Part shown: piece by piece, positions 1-12,456 of the stretch
How the letters are laid out: each line of letters begins with the position of its first letter
Numbering within the stretch: the first letter of the stretch is position 1
Assembly (NCBI RefSeq): GCF_009914755.1
Contig: NC_060929.1
Source: the human T2T-CHM13v2.0 reference genome, Homo sapiens
Direction: 5' to 3' (one strand)
Length of the DNA stretch: 64,000 bases
Translations under genes and position numbers: made by a program
Notes under the pieces: model-generated
Told to the model about the DNA's origin: nothing
Seen by the model: only the letters and a program-made list of their open reading frames with translations
Database searches by the model: none

Positions 1-181
1 GCACAAGAAAGCAGAGAGGTGGCAAGAGGGTTTCAGACTAAAAAGACAATGAATTTTTTTCACTCATTCAATTATTTCTTTTGTCAAAACATATGTATGA
101 TGCACCTACTATGAGCCACACTTTGTATGAGAACTTAAAACAGAACGGCTTAACCTAGGCTAGCATCTCAGAGAAAACTCC

Positions 182-561
182 TGTATTAGTCCATTTTTAT
201 ACTGCTATAATGAACTGCCCAAGACTGGGTAATTTATAAAGGAAAGAGGTTTAATCAACTCACAGTTCAGCATGGTTTGGGAGGCCTCAAGAAACTTACA
301 ATCATGGAGGAAGGGGAAGGGGAAGCAAGTCACCATCTTCACAAAATGGCAGGAAGGAGAAGTGCCGAGCGAAGGGGGAAGAGCCCCTTATAAAACCATT
401 AGATCTGTGAGAACTCACTCATTAGATCATGAGAACAGCATGGAGGAAACCATCCCTATGATCCAATTACCTCTACCTGGTCTCTCCCTTGACATTTTGG
501 GATTATGGAGATTACAATTCAAGATGAGATTTGGGTGGGGACACAAAACCTAACCATATCA
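182..561 (-). mobile_element. THE1-type MaLR solo LTR (THE1C/D-like)
   Basis: Runs TGTATTAGTCC...AACCATATCA, the reverse complement of the recalled THE1 LTR; flanked by a 5-bp TSD ACTCC (177-181, 562-566). Confidence 0.9.
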
Positions 562-825
562 ACTCCTCTCCCAAGGAGAGGAGTTTTCTCTGAGATCTGA
601 AGCTAGGAGATTGGGTAAAAACAGAGAAAACATTCCAGGCAGGTACAAATAGCAGCTGTAATGGAATGGCCCTGAGGTGAGAGAGAACATAATACTTTGG
701 AGGAACTGAATGAAGGCCACTATGCATAGGGAAATATTACGATGACATGGGATAATGGATTGGTTAGCAGGTTCAAATTGTGGAAAGCCTTTTAGTTTAT
801 TTTATGAATTTTTATAATTAGGAAA

Positions 826-1295
826 TGGCAGTTTTAAAACTTGGTCCAAATATTCTCTGATACTCCTCCTATTAAGAAGAGCTTTCCTTCCCTCTCCTTG
901 AATTTGGGCCTTGTGGTGCTGTGCCAGATTCTGGCCTCAGGCAAGTCTTAAGAAATGGCACCTTCTACTTCCTGGCTTTGGGGACACTTTTGGAACTTAG
1001 CCATCATGTTTCTAGGAAGCCCAGGCAGCATGTGGACGGGAACTAAGGTCTCTGACTCTGAACTTGCAGACAATAGCAGCATTAACTTATCAGCCATATG
1101 AGTGAGCCATCTTGGATGTGGATTCTCCATTCCCTAGTCAAGCCACTTCAGCTGATGCTGTAAGAAGCAGAGATGAGCCTTCCCTGCTGAACCCCACCTA
1201 AACTGTAGATTCTTAATGTAGATAAATGATTGCTATTATTTTCAAGACAATAAAGTTGGGAGTACTTTGTTAAATAGTAATAGATATCAAAAATA
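826..1295 (+). mobile_element. Old MLT1-type MaLR LTR, degraded
   Basis: MLT1-like blocks (GTGAGTGAGCCATCTTGGATGTGGATTCTCCA, AGCAGAGATGAGCC, 3' ATAGTAATAGATA); boundaries approximate. Confidence 0.6.
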
Positions 1296-1725
1296 TAGGT
1301 AAATGAGAAGCCATTGAAGAATGTTGAGTTTTAAGAAGTTTGTTTCTCATTATAGTTTTCTCTTCATATAACGGAGTATATCACAGCTTTTTAATTCATA
1401 GAGTTGCTCTGAGGACTGAATAATATAGTAAAAGTAAAGTGCTTGCACAGTGTTGGGTGTTGAATAAGCCTTCAAGAAGTGTTACTTATTATTGTTAATT
1501 TTAGAGTTTAGAGGAAAGGATGATAGAAAATTATTCCAGGAGTCAAAGGATAAGTTATTGGTTACTTGTACTAGAATGGCAAAAGTAGTGATAAAATGGA
1601 TGGATTAGGGAGTTATTTAGGATGTAGAAATGATGGGCAGTCATAATTAATGGATGTGGAAGCTGAGGGAGAATAAAAACTCAAGAATAACTGAAGGATT
1701 CTGGCCTTGGAACTGGGCCAACAAG

Positions 1726-2302
1726 TGTAGCAGATAACTGCTGAATTTGCTTTCCAACATCTTTTCACCCTGCAGGTAATTTTTCCCCACTATACTGCTG
1801 AGAAATCAACCTGCCTCCACTCTTAATCCATTTGGTTTGAGCAGAGTGGATCCACTCCACTTCCTCCTTCAGGTTAGACATACTACCCAAGCCTTAGCCA
1901 ATCTCCCAGGCAAGTGGTTCCAGGATTGGCACATGACCCAAACAGGCCATTCGGAGCCAACAAGACTCAATTTTAGGGCATTTTATTTGTTTGAGTTTGG
2001 AAAAGGAGTCTCTTTATCTTTACTTTGGAACTTAAGCCTGTAACTATTAATATATAAAACTAGAACTATTGCAGTCATCTTACATCTGACCATAGAGCCA
2101 ACACTGTGTGAAAAGAGAACAACTAGAAGGTGATGGCATTGTTTGAGCTCTGTGTCAAGCTATACCACTTGAGATATACCAGCAGACCTTTTAGTTATAT
2201 GAGCTAAAGGGTTTCTTTTTTTCTTTTGCTTTTTTTTTTCACATACACCAGTTTGACTTGGGTTGATGAACACTTGCACTTGAAACAGCCTACACTGATA
2301 CA
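1726..2302 (+). mobile_element. Ancient LTR relic (MLT1/ERVL class)
   Basis: TGTAGCAG... start, internal CACATGACCCAAACAGGCCA, ...CTGATACA end, as seen in old MaLR/ERVL LTRs. Confidence 0.45.
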
Positions 2303-2476
2303 TTAGTGATGCAAGGGAAAACTGGAAGAGAACAGGTATTGTGTTACAGCTGACTGAGATATTGGTGACTATAGAGAGAAGTTAGGGTTCAGCATAAATT
2401 GGAGTGAATTGAGGCACAATTGGAAGTGGGAGAAATAGAAATGAAATGCCTAAACCAGTCAAAGAATTGTGGTCAT

Positions 2477-3135
2477 CTCACACTTTATTAGTCATCAGAA
2501 AAATGCAAATAATATCATAATGTGACACCATCACACATCTACCAGAATGACTAGAACCAAAAAAAAAAAAAAGACAGTTTCAAGTATTGGCAAGGATGTG
2601 AATTAGTTAGAATTCTTACACACTGCCAGTGGTATTGTAAGTCTATGCAACCACATTGGAAAACTGATTGGCAGTATCAGTTTACTGCTCAAGCTGAATG
2701 TATGCATACCCTGTGATACTAGATGTATAACAAACAGAAATACATGCATGTAAGCACCATAAGATGTACAAAAATGTTCATTGCAGGTCTACTTGTAATA
2801 GCTTCAAACTGTACACTAATCAAATTCTACTTAACCATAGAAAAAATTGTGGTGTATTTTCTCAACAAAATACTATACAACAATGAAAATTAATGAACCA
2901 CAAAGCTCAAAAGCAGGCAGAAAAAATTTATGGTGCTGTAAGTCAGAATATTCATTAGCCTTTGGGAATGTGGTCTCTGGAAGGAGCAATGGCAGGGAGA
3001 CTGGGATGCTGGTAAGTTCTTATTTCTTAATATGAGTTCTGGTTGCACAAGTGTGATCTCTTTGTAAAATTTTACCTACAATTTGTACATTTTTCTGAAT
3101 ATTTTCTATACCCCACTAAAACTTCAAAAAATAAA
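2477..3135 (+). mobile_element. Ancient L1M 3' fragment
   Basis: Degenerate ORF2 C-terminal/3'UTR motifs (AAAATGCAAAT, GGCAAGGATGTG, AATGTTCATTGCAG). Confidence 0.7.
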
Positions 3136-4578
3136 AATGTGGGTATGAGGAGCCATTAACCAGTGGAGTAAAGTTGGAAAGGAGGCTGGAGAGCTGAAAG
3201 TGGGTTTCATGACTAGCATCTTCAAATTTTGGAATCCAGGAAACGGGAGAGACTAAATGAACATAGAAATGGGTGACCTTCCCTTAAGAGATGCCAATCC
3301 TTGATGTTGGGGAGCCCCATGTTGACCCTTCCCTGATAGGGCAAAGCAAGACCAATCAAATGGAGCTGCCTGCCGTCCTCTCTAAGAATCCAGCCCTTGT
3401 CCTACAGTTGGGAGCTGTGGGAGATGCAGACTTGTTGATCTGATAGGCTAGGATCCCTGATAAGGTTGGACACTGCCTTTTGGGAACAGTTTCAGTGAAC
3501 TTTGGAGAGTCTTATGGGGAAAACAGACAGAGGCATTGGTTTCTTCAGACCTCAGACTTGAAAATTCTCCAACCAAGTCTCATTGCCTCTAAAGAAGACG
3601 GAATTTCACTTAATTTCCTGCAGAATAGATGAAAGAGGCAGAGAGGGCTATGTATATTCCATGAACTCCTAAATTCCAATTTCTTCACATCTTTTCCAGG
3701 GCCATTAACTGTCCTTCCTACAGAGTCAGTTCAGGCTCACCTCCCTTCTCCTGGAGTTCAAGGAGTCTCTAGCCTCCCTGCTTCGTGGCTGACAACCTCC
3801 TTCCACAGAACAGTCAGAAGAATTCTTCTAACATGCAAATCTGATTGATCATGCCACTCTCCTTCCTACAAACTTTAATGCATCCTCCATCTTGAGTTTC
3901 AGCCCAAACTTCATCAAGAAGCACAAGGCCTGCTGACCTAGCCCTTGACCATGTTTTCTAACATCATCTCTGGCCTCCTTGTTCCCTCACAATCCAACAC
4001 GTCAGCCATGCCCAACATCCCAGAGAGCAGGTAGAATGCTGAATGTGGAGGTCGTTTTACACTTCTGTGCTTTTAGCCCAAACACCCTTTCTTCTTTGTT
4101 CTCCTGTTGAATACTTATTTAGCTTTGAAAAACCACACCTAGGCATTCTTTATTTTGGGAAGCCTTCCCTGAGAGCCTCTACTCCTTCCTCTCATTCTGA
4201 TTTTCTGTTTTCTTTCACTGTACATGTTACAGGGTTCTGTATTTATTCACAATGGTGTAGCTTTCCTATTAAAACTCCAGATACTCAAGTGGCCAGGATT
4301 TTGTCTTGTTTATCTCAATCCCTGATTCTTACAATGGCATTTGGCATGTGATAGATTCTCAAGAAGGTTTTGATAAACGCACTCTTCAAAGCATAACTCT
4401 ATGTGTTATCATTGAACTGTAACTTTCAAGTGACTTTTTTTATCATTCTTATTGTTGTGTGCATACATGGTTTAACTAACTATGATGATAAGCATAACTA
4501 AAACTTTATAACTGCTTTATGAAGGGTGTTATTTCATTTGATCCTCGCAACAGAGAGCCTGGTAGAATGGCCTCTTTC

Positions 4579-4605
4579 TTTTCTTTTGTTGAGATGGATT
4601 TTTTA

Positions 4606-4637
<32 letters not shown>

Positions 4638-6120
4638 AATTTTTATTATACTTCAAGTTCTGGGATATATATGCAAAACATGCCAGTTTGTTACATAGGT
4701 ATATACGTGCCATGGTGGTTTGCTGCACCCATAATCCTATCATCTACATTAGATATTTCTCCTAATGCTATCTCTCCCCTAGCCCCCAATCTCGTGACAG
4801 TCCCCAGTAAGTTATGTTTCCCTCCCTGTGTCCATGTGTTCTCACTGTTCAACTCCCACTTACGAGTGAGAACATGCGGTGTTTGGTTTTCTGTTTCTGA
4901 GTTAGTTTGCTGAGAATGATGGTTTCCAGCTTCATCCATGTCCCTGGAAAGGACATGAACTCATCCTTTTTTATGGCTGCATAGTATTCCCTGGTGTATA
5001 TGTGCCACATTTTTCGTTATCCAATCTATCATTGTTGGGCATTTGGGTTGGTTCCAAGTCTTTGCTGTTGTGAACAGTGCAGCAATAAACATACGTGTGC
5101 ATGTGTCTTGATAGTAGAATGATTTATAATCCTTTGTGCATACACCCAGTAATGGGATTGCTGGGTCAAATAGTATTTCTGGTTCTAGATCCTTGAGGAA
5201 TCGCCACACTGTCTTCCACAATGGTTGAACTAATTTACACTCCCACCAATGGTGTAAAAGTGTTCCTATTTCTCCACCTCCTTTCCAGCATCTGTTGTTT
5301 CCTGACTTTTTAATGATCACCATTCTAACTGGCATGAGATAGTATCTCATTGTGGTTTTGATTTGCATTTCTCTAATGACCAGTGATGATGAGCTTTTTT
5401 TCATATGTTTCTTGGCTGCATAAATGCCTTCTTTTGAGAAGTGTCTGTTCATATCCTTTGCCCACTTTTTGAAGAGGTTGTTTTTTTTCTTGTAAATTTA
5501 AGTTCCTTGTAGATTCTGGATATTAGCCCTTTGTCAGATGGATAGATTGCAAAATGTTCTCCTATTCTGTAGGTTACCTGTTCACCTCGATGATAGTTTC
5601 TTTTGCTGTGTGGAAGCTCTTTAGTTTAATTAGATCCCATTTGTCAATTTTGACTTCTGTTGCCATTGCTTTTGGTGTTTTAGTCATGAAGTCTTTGCCC
5701 ATGTCTATGTCCTGAATGGTATTGCCTAGGTTTTCTTCTAGGGTTTTTATGGTTTTACATCTTATGTTTAAGTCTTTAATCCATCTTGAGTTAATTTTTG
5801 CATAAGGTGTAAGGAAGGGGTCCAGTTTCAGTTTTCTGCATATGGTTAGCCAGTTTTCCCAACACCATTTATTAAATATGGAATCCTTTCCCCATTTCTT
5901 GTTTTTGTCAGGTTTGTCAAAAAATCAGATGGTTGTAGATGTGTGGTATTATTTCTGAGGCTCTGTTCTGTTCCATTGGTCTATATATCTGTTTTGGTAC
6001 CAGTACCGTGCTGTTTTGGTTACTGTAGCTTTATAGTATAGTTTGAAGTCAGGTAGCATGATGCCTCCAACTTTGTTCTGTTTTGCTTAGGATTACCTTG
6101 TCTATATGGTCTTTTGGTTC
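4579..6120 (-). mobile_element. 5'-truncated L1PA (L1PA7-like), ORF2 C-terminus plus 3'UTR
   Basis: ORF 4961-5452 encodes the ORF2p C-terminus (QIKTTMRY...[14 protein letters not shown]); T-rich tail at 4598-4645; perfect 15-bp TSD AGAATGGCCTCTTTC at 4564-4578 and 6121-6135. Confidence 0.93.
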
Positions 6121-6574
6121 AGAATGGCCTCTTTCAAACCCAGTCCCACAGACAGACCAGCAAAGAAGTCTCAAAAAAAAAAAAAAGGAGGAACTATTGG
6201 AGGACCCCTTGATATTTATTGGTCTCTCAGCTTTTAAAAATTTATATTTTAGATATTTTATAATATACACAATAGTACATTAGTGCATGTTTGCAACTTA
6301 TAAATGAATAAACATATATGGTGGGGGAGAGCTTAAAATTGGTTCACTGATAGAGTGCATGATCAAAAAGGTTTGGTGACACTGTGTTAGACAGCACATG
6401 GGCCTCTGTGTTTCAGTACTTGAGCAAGGAGACTTATGTAGTCTGCCAGCTGGATTGCAGGGTATATATTTTATAGTTTGGTGACATTTCTCTGCCTAGG
6501 TTATGTGCCTGAGCTCAATTCTCATCTTCCTATTTTTCTTATTCCTGTTTCTCAATTACTAGCAGTGATAGCAG

Positions 6575-6661
6575 TAGCATTTAACATATATTGAGTACTC
6601 ACTCTGTGTCAGGTGCTATGCTAAATATTTCCATATATTATCTCATTTAATACTTATAATA
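6575..6661 (-). mobile_element. MIR, left part (continues at ~12457-12580 after the L1PB insertion)
   Basis: TATTGAGTACTCACTCTGTGTCAGG...TCTCATTTAAT resumes after the L1 as ...GAGGTAGGTTTTATTATCCC...GGAAACT...CTTGCCCAAGGTC. Confidence 0.75.
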
Positions 6662-9600
6662 GAACAGAGAGAAAAAAATGGCAGATAGGAGGCAGAACTA
6701 GCTTGCAGCTCTCATCGGATGGATAGAGCACCATGTGGAACTCACATCATGAACTTGTGCTCCAAGAACTACTGAATTCCAAAGATAAAGGACATAATCT
6801 CTTGGGAGCTCCATGGTCCCACCCACCACCTGAGAAACCCAGATACTTATCCAGAAGACCTTAAGGCAAGCTTGCATCTTCCCTATACTACTGCAGCTGA
6901 TACTTTTTTCAAAACACCACCTCCGGACTGGAGGCCAACCGACACAAAACTAGGGTGCTAAACAAAACTACAATCAAGGACCCTAACAGAGTCCACTTCA
7001 CTCCCCTGCTACCTCCACCAGAGCAGGTGCTGGTATCCATGACTCAGAGACCTGAACACAGATCACAGGACTCTTTGCTTACACTCCCCAGTGCCAGCCC
7101 AGAGCCTGGTAGCTCCACTGGGTGGCTAGACCCAGAAGAGAAATAATAATCACTGCATTTCAGCTCTCAGGAAACCTCATCCCTAGGGGAAGTGGGACAG
7201 TGCCACATCAAGGGAACACACCGTGGGAAAAAAGAATCTGAACAGCATCCCTTGAGTCCCAGATCTTCCCTCTGACACAGTCTACCTAAATGAGAAGGAA
7301 ACAGAAAAACAATTCCAGTAATATGACAAAACAACATTCTTTAACATCCTCAAAAGATCACCCTAGCTCACCAGCAATGGATCTAAACCAAGAAGAAATC
7401 TCTTAATTGCCAGAAAAAGAATTCAGAAGGTCAATTATTAAACCACTCAAGGAGGCCAGAGAAAGGTGAATACCAACTTAAATAAATTTTAAAAATAATA
7501 CAGGATATGGATGGATAAATCTCCAGAAAAATAGATACCATATATAAAAAACAATCACAACTTCCAGAAACAAAGGATATGTTTGGAGAAATGCAAAATA
7601 CACTGAAGAGTCTCAGGAATAGAATCGAACAAGTAGAAGAAAGAATTTCAGAGCCTGAAGTGGGCTTTCAAATTAACCCAATCCAACAAAGACAAAGAAA
7701 AAATAATTTTAAGAAAATGAACCAAGCCCCCAAGAAGTTTTGGATTATGTTAAACAACCAACCTAAGAATAATTGGTGTTCACAAGGAAGAAGATAAATC
7801 TAAAAGTTTGGAAAGCATATTTGAGAGAATAATCAAGGAAAACTTCCCTGACCTTGCTAGAGACCTAGCCATCCAAATACAAGAAGCTCAAAGAACACTC
7901 CGCAAATTCATCACAAAAGGATCATCGCCTAGGCACACAGTTATCAGGTTACCTAAAGTCAAGATGAAGGAAAGAGTCTTAAGAGCTGTGAGGCAAAAGC
8001 ATCAGGTAACCTATAAAGGAAAACCTATCACATTAACAGCAGATTTCTCAGCAGAAACCCTACAAAGTAGAGGGGATTGGGGTCCTATCGTTAGCCTCCT
8101 GAAACAAAATAATTATCAGCCAAGAACTTTGTATCTGGCAAAACTAAGCTTCAGGAATGAAGGAATGATACAGTCTTTTTCAGACAAACAAATGCTGAAA
8201 GATGTTGCCACTATCAAGCCAACACTACAAGAACTGCAAAAAGGAGCTCAAAATCTGGAAAGAAATCCTTGAAATATACCAAAATAGAACCTCCTTAAAG
8301 CATAAATCTCACAGGACCTATAAAACAATAACAACATGAAAAATAAAAGATATTCAGGCAACAGCATGATGGGTAGAATAGTACTTCACATATCAATACT
8401 AACATTGAATGTAAATGGCCTAAATGCTCCACTTAAAAGATACAAAATGGCAGAATGGATAAGAATTCACCAACCAAGCATATGCTGTCTTCAGGAAGAC
8501 TCACCTAACACATGACTCACATAAACTTAAGGTAAAGGGGTGGAAAAGTATATTCCATTCAAATGGATGCCCAAAGTTAGCAGAAGTAGCCATTCTTATA
8601 TCAGCCAAAACAGACTTTAAAGCAAAAACAATGGTTTAGTAAGACAGAGGGACATTATATAATGATAAAAGGAATGGTCTAACAGGAAAATATCACAATC
8701 CTAAATACATATGCACCTAACACTGGAGCTCCCAAATTTATAAAACTATTACTATTACACCCCATGGTGTAATAAGAAATGAGACAGATGGCAAGAAAAT
8801 GATAATGAGGCACTTCAATACTCCACTGACAGCACTAGACAGGTTATCAAGGCAGCTAACAAAGAAACAATGGACCTGAACTATACCCCAGAACAAACGG
8901 ACTTGGCAGATATTTACAGAACATTCTATCCAACAACTGCAGAATATACATATTCATCAGCACAGGGAACATTCTCCAAGATAGACCATAGGGTAGGCCA
9001 CAAAACAAGTCTGAATAAATTTAAGAAAATAGAAATTATATCAAGTACTCTTTCAGACCACAAGGGAATAAAATCAGAAATCAACTCCAAAAGAAACTGT
9101 CAAAACTGTACAAATTCATGGAAAGTTAATAACCTGCTCCTGAATGATCGTTGGGTCGACAATAAAATCAAGATGAAAATTAAAAAATTATTCAAACTGA
9201 ACAATAATAGTGATACAACCTATCAAAACCTCTGGGATACAGCAAAAGTGGTGCCAAGAGGAAAATTCATAGTACTAAATGCCTACACCAAAAAGTCTGA
9301 AAGAGTGCTAATAGGCAATCTGAGGTCACATCTCAACTAACTACAGAAAAAAGAACAAACCGAACCCAAATCCAGCAGAAGAAAAGAAATAACAAGGATC
9401 AGAACAGAACTAAATGAAATTGAAACAACAACAAAAAATACAAAATATAAATAAAATGAAAAGCTGGCTCTTTGAAAAGATAAACAAAATTGATAGACCG
9501 TTACTGAGATTAGCCAAGAAAAGAAGACAGAAGATCAAAATTAGCTCAATTAGAAACAAAATAGGAGATATCAACTGATACCACAGAAATACAAAAGATC

Positions 9601-12456
9601 ATTCAAAGCTACTATGAACACATTTAGGCACACAAACTAGAAAACCTACAGGAGATGGACAAATTCCTGACAATATATTACCCTCCTAGATTAAACCAGG
9701 AAAACATAGAATCTCTGAGCAGACCAAAAACAAGCAATGAGATTGAAATGGTAATTTTTAAATTGCTAACAACAACAAAAAAAATCCAAGACAAGATAAT
9801 TCACAGCTGAATTCTATCAGACATTCAAAGAAGAATTGGTATCAATCCTACTGACACTATTCCACAAGATATAGAAAGAGGGAATCCTCCCCTAATCATT
9901 CTACAAAGCCAGTATCGTCACCCTAATATCAAAACCAGGGAAGGACATAACAACAAAAAAAAGAAAACTATAGACCAATATCCCTAATGAAAATAGATGC
10001 AAAAATCCTCAGCAAAATATTAGTGAACCAAATCCAACAATATATCGAAAAGATAATCCACCATGATCAAGTGGGTTTCATACCAAGGATGCCAGAATAG
10101 TTTAACATATGTAAGTCAATAAATGTGATACACCACATAAACAGAATGAAAAACAAAAATCACATGATCATCTAAATAGATTCAGAAAAAGCATTTGACA
10201 AAACCCAGCATCCCTTTATGATTAAAACCTTTGGCAAAATCAGCATAAAAGGGACATATCTTAAGGTAATAAAAGCCATCTATGACAAACCCACAGCCAA
10301 CATTATATTGAATGGGAAAAGTTGTAAGCATTCTCTATAAGAACTGGAACAAGAAAAGGATGCCCACTTTCACCACTTCTATTCAACATAGTACTGGAAG
10401 TCCTAGCCAGAGCGATCAGACAAGAGAAAGAAATAAAGGGCATCCAAATTGGTAAAGAGGAAGTGAAACTGTCACTGTGCACAGAAGATATGATTGTATA
10501 CCTAGAAAACCCTAAAGCCTCATCCAAAAAGCTCCTAGATCTGATGAATGAATTCAGTAAAGTTTCAAGATGTAAAATCAATGTATACAAATCAGTAGCT
10601 CTGCCCTACACCAACAGCAATCAAGTTGAGAATCAAATCAATAACTCAACCCCTTTTACAATAGCTGCAAAAAATAAAATAAAATAAAATAAAATTCTTG
10701 GGAATATACCTAACCAAGGAGGTGAAACACTCCTACAAGAAAAACTACAAAACACTGCTGAAAGAAATCACAGGCAGCACAAATAAATAGAAACACATCC
10801 CATGCTCATGGATGGGTAGAATCAATATTGTGAAAATGACCATACTACCAAAAGCAACCTACAAATTCAATGCAATGCCCAACAAACTACCATCATAATT
10901 CTTCACAGAACTAGAAAAAAACAATCCCCAAAGTCATGGAATTTTAGGAACCATGGCTAAATACTGGAACCAAAAAAGGAGCCCAAATAGTCAAAGCAAG
11001 CTAAGCAAAAAGAACAAATCTGGAGACACATTGCTTGACTTCAAACTATACCATAGGCCATAGTCATCAAAACATCATGGTACTGGTATAAAACAGGCAC
11101 ATAGACCAATGGAACAGAATAGAGAACCCAAAAATAAAGCCAAACACTTACAGCCAACTGATCTTCAACAAAGCAAACAAAAACATAAAGTAGGGAAAGG
11201 ACAACCTATTCAACACATGGTGCTGGGATAATTGGCAAGCTACATGTAGAAGAATAAAACTGGTTCCTCATCTCTCACCTTATATAAAAATCAACTCAAG
11301 ATGGATCAAAGACTTAAACCTAAGACCTGAAACCACGAAAATTCTAGAAGATAACATCAGAAAAACCCTTCTAGACATTGGCTTAGGCAAAGAGTTCATG
11401 ACCAAGAACCCAAAAGCAAATGCAACAAAAACAAAGATAAATTGATGGGACTTAATTAAACTAAAAAGCTCTGCACAGCAAAAGAAATAATCAGCAGGGT
11501 AAACAGACAACCTATAGAGTTTGCAAACTTTGCATCTGACAAAGGACTAATATCCAGAATCTACAAAGAATTCAAACAAATTAGCAAGAAAAAAAAATCC
11601 CATCAAAAAGTGGGCTAAGGACATGAATAGACAATTCTCAAAAGAAGATATACAAATGGCCAATAAACATATGAAAAAATGCTCAACATTACTAGTTATC
11701 AAGGAAATGCAAATCAAAACCACAATGCAATACCACTTTACTCCTGCAAGAATGGCCATAATTACAAAATCAAAAAATAATAGATGTTGGCGTGGATGTG
11801 GTGAAAAGGGGACACTTTTACACTGCTAGTGGGAATATAAACTAATACAACCACTACGGAAAACAGTGTGGAGATTCCTTAAAGAACTAAAAGTAGATCT
11901 ACCATTTGACTCAGCAATCCCACTGCTGGGTATCTACCCAAAGGCAAAGAAGTCATTATACAAAAAGATATCAATCAAGTGGATAAAGAAAATGTGATAT
12001 TTTATATATATAGTATACAGTATATACACATATAGTATATAGTATATATATATATAAATATATATTCATACACACACACATATACCATCGAATACTACTC
12101 TGCCATATAAAAGAACAAAATCATGGTATTTGCAGCAACCTGGATGGAATTGGAGACCATTATTCTAAGTGAAGTAACTCAGGAATGGAAAACCAAACAT
12201 CATATGTTCTCACTCATAAGTGAGAGCTAAGCTGTGAGGAGGACGCAAAGGCATAAGAACAATACAATGGACTTTGGGGACTTGAGGGAAAGGGTGGGAG
12301 GTCAGGGGGTAATAAAAGACTACACATTGGGTAGAGAGTACACTGCTCAACTGAGAGGTGCACCACAATCTCAGAAATCGCCCCTAAATAACTTATCCAT
12401 GTAACCAAACACCACTTGTTGCCCAAAAACGCATTGAAATAAAATAATGATAATAA
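6662..12456 (+). mobile_element. Near full-length old LINE-1 (L1PB1-like); ORF1/ORF2 disrupted
   Basis: 5' end ATGGCAGATAGGAGGCAG...; ORF1 remnants 7579-8272 (IKENFPDLARD..., ITLTADFSAETLQ); ORF2 remnants ~8370-11830; L1PB-type 3'UTR; 13-bp TSD AATAC(T/C)ATAATA-type at 6649-6661 and 12457-12469 (one mismatch). Confidence 0.92.
12003..12084. repeat. (TA)n/(CA)n low-complexity tract in the L1PB 3' region
   Basis: Directly visible TATATA/CACACA runs. Confidence 0.85.
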
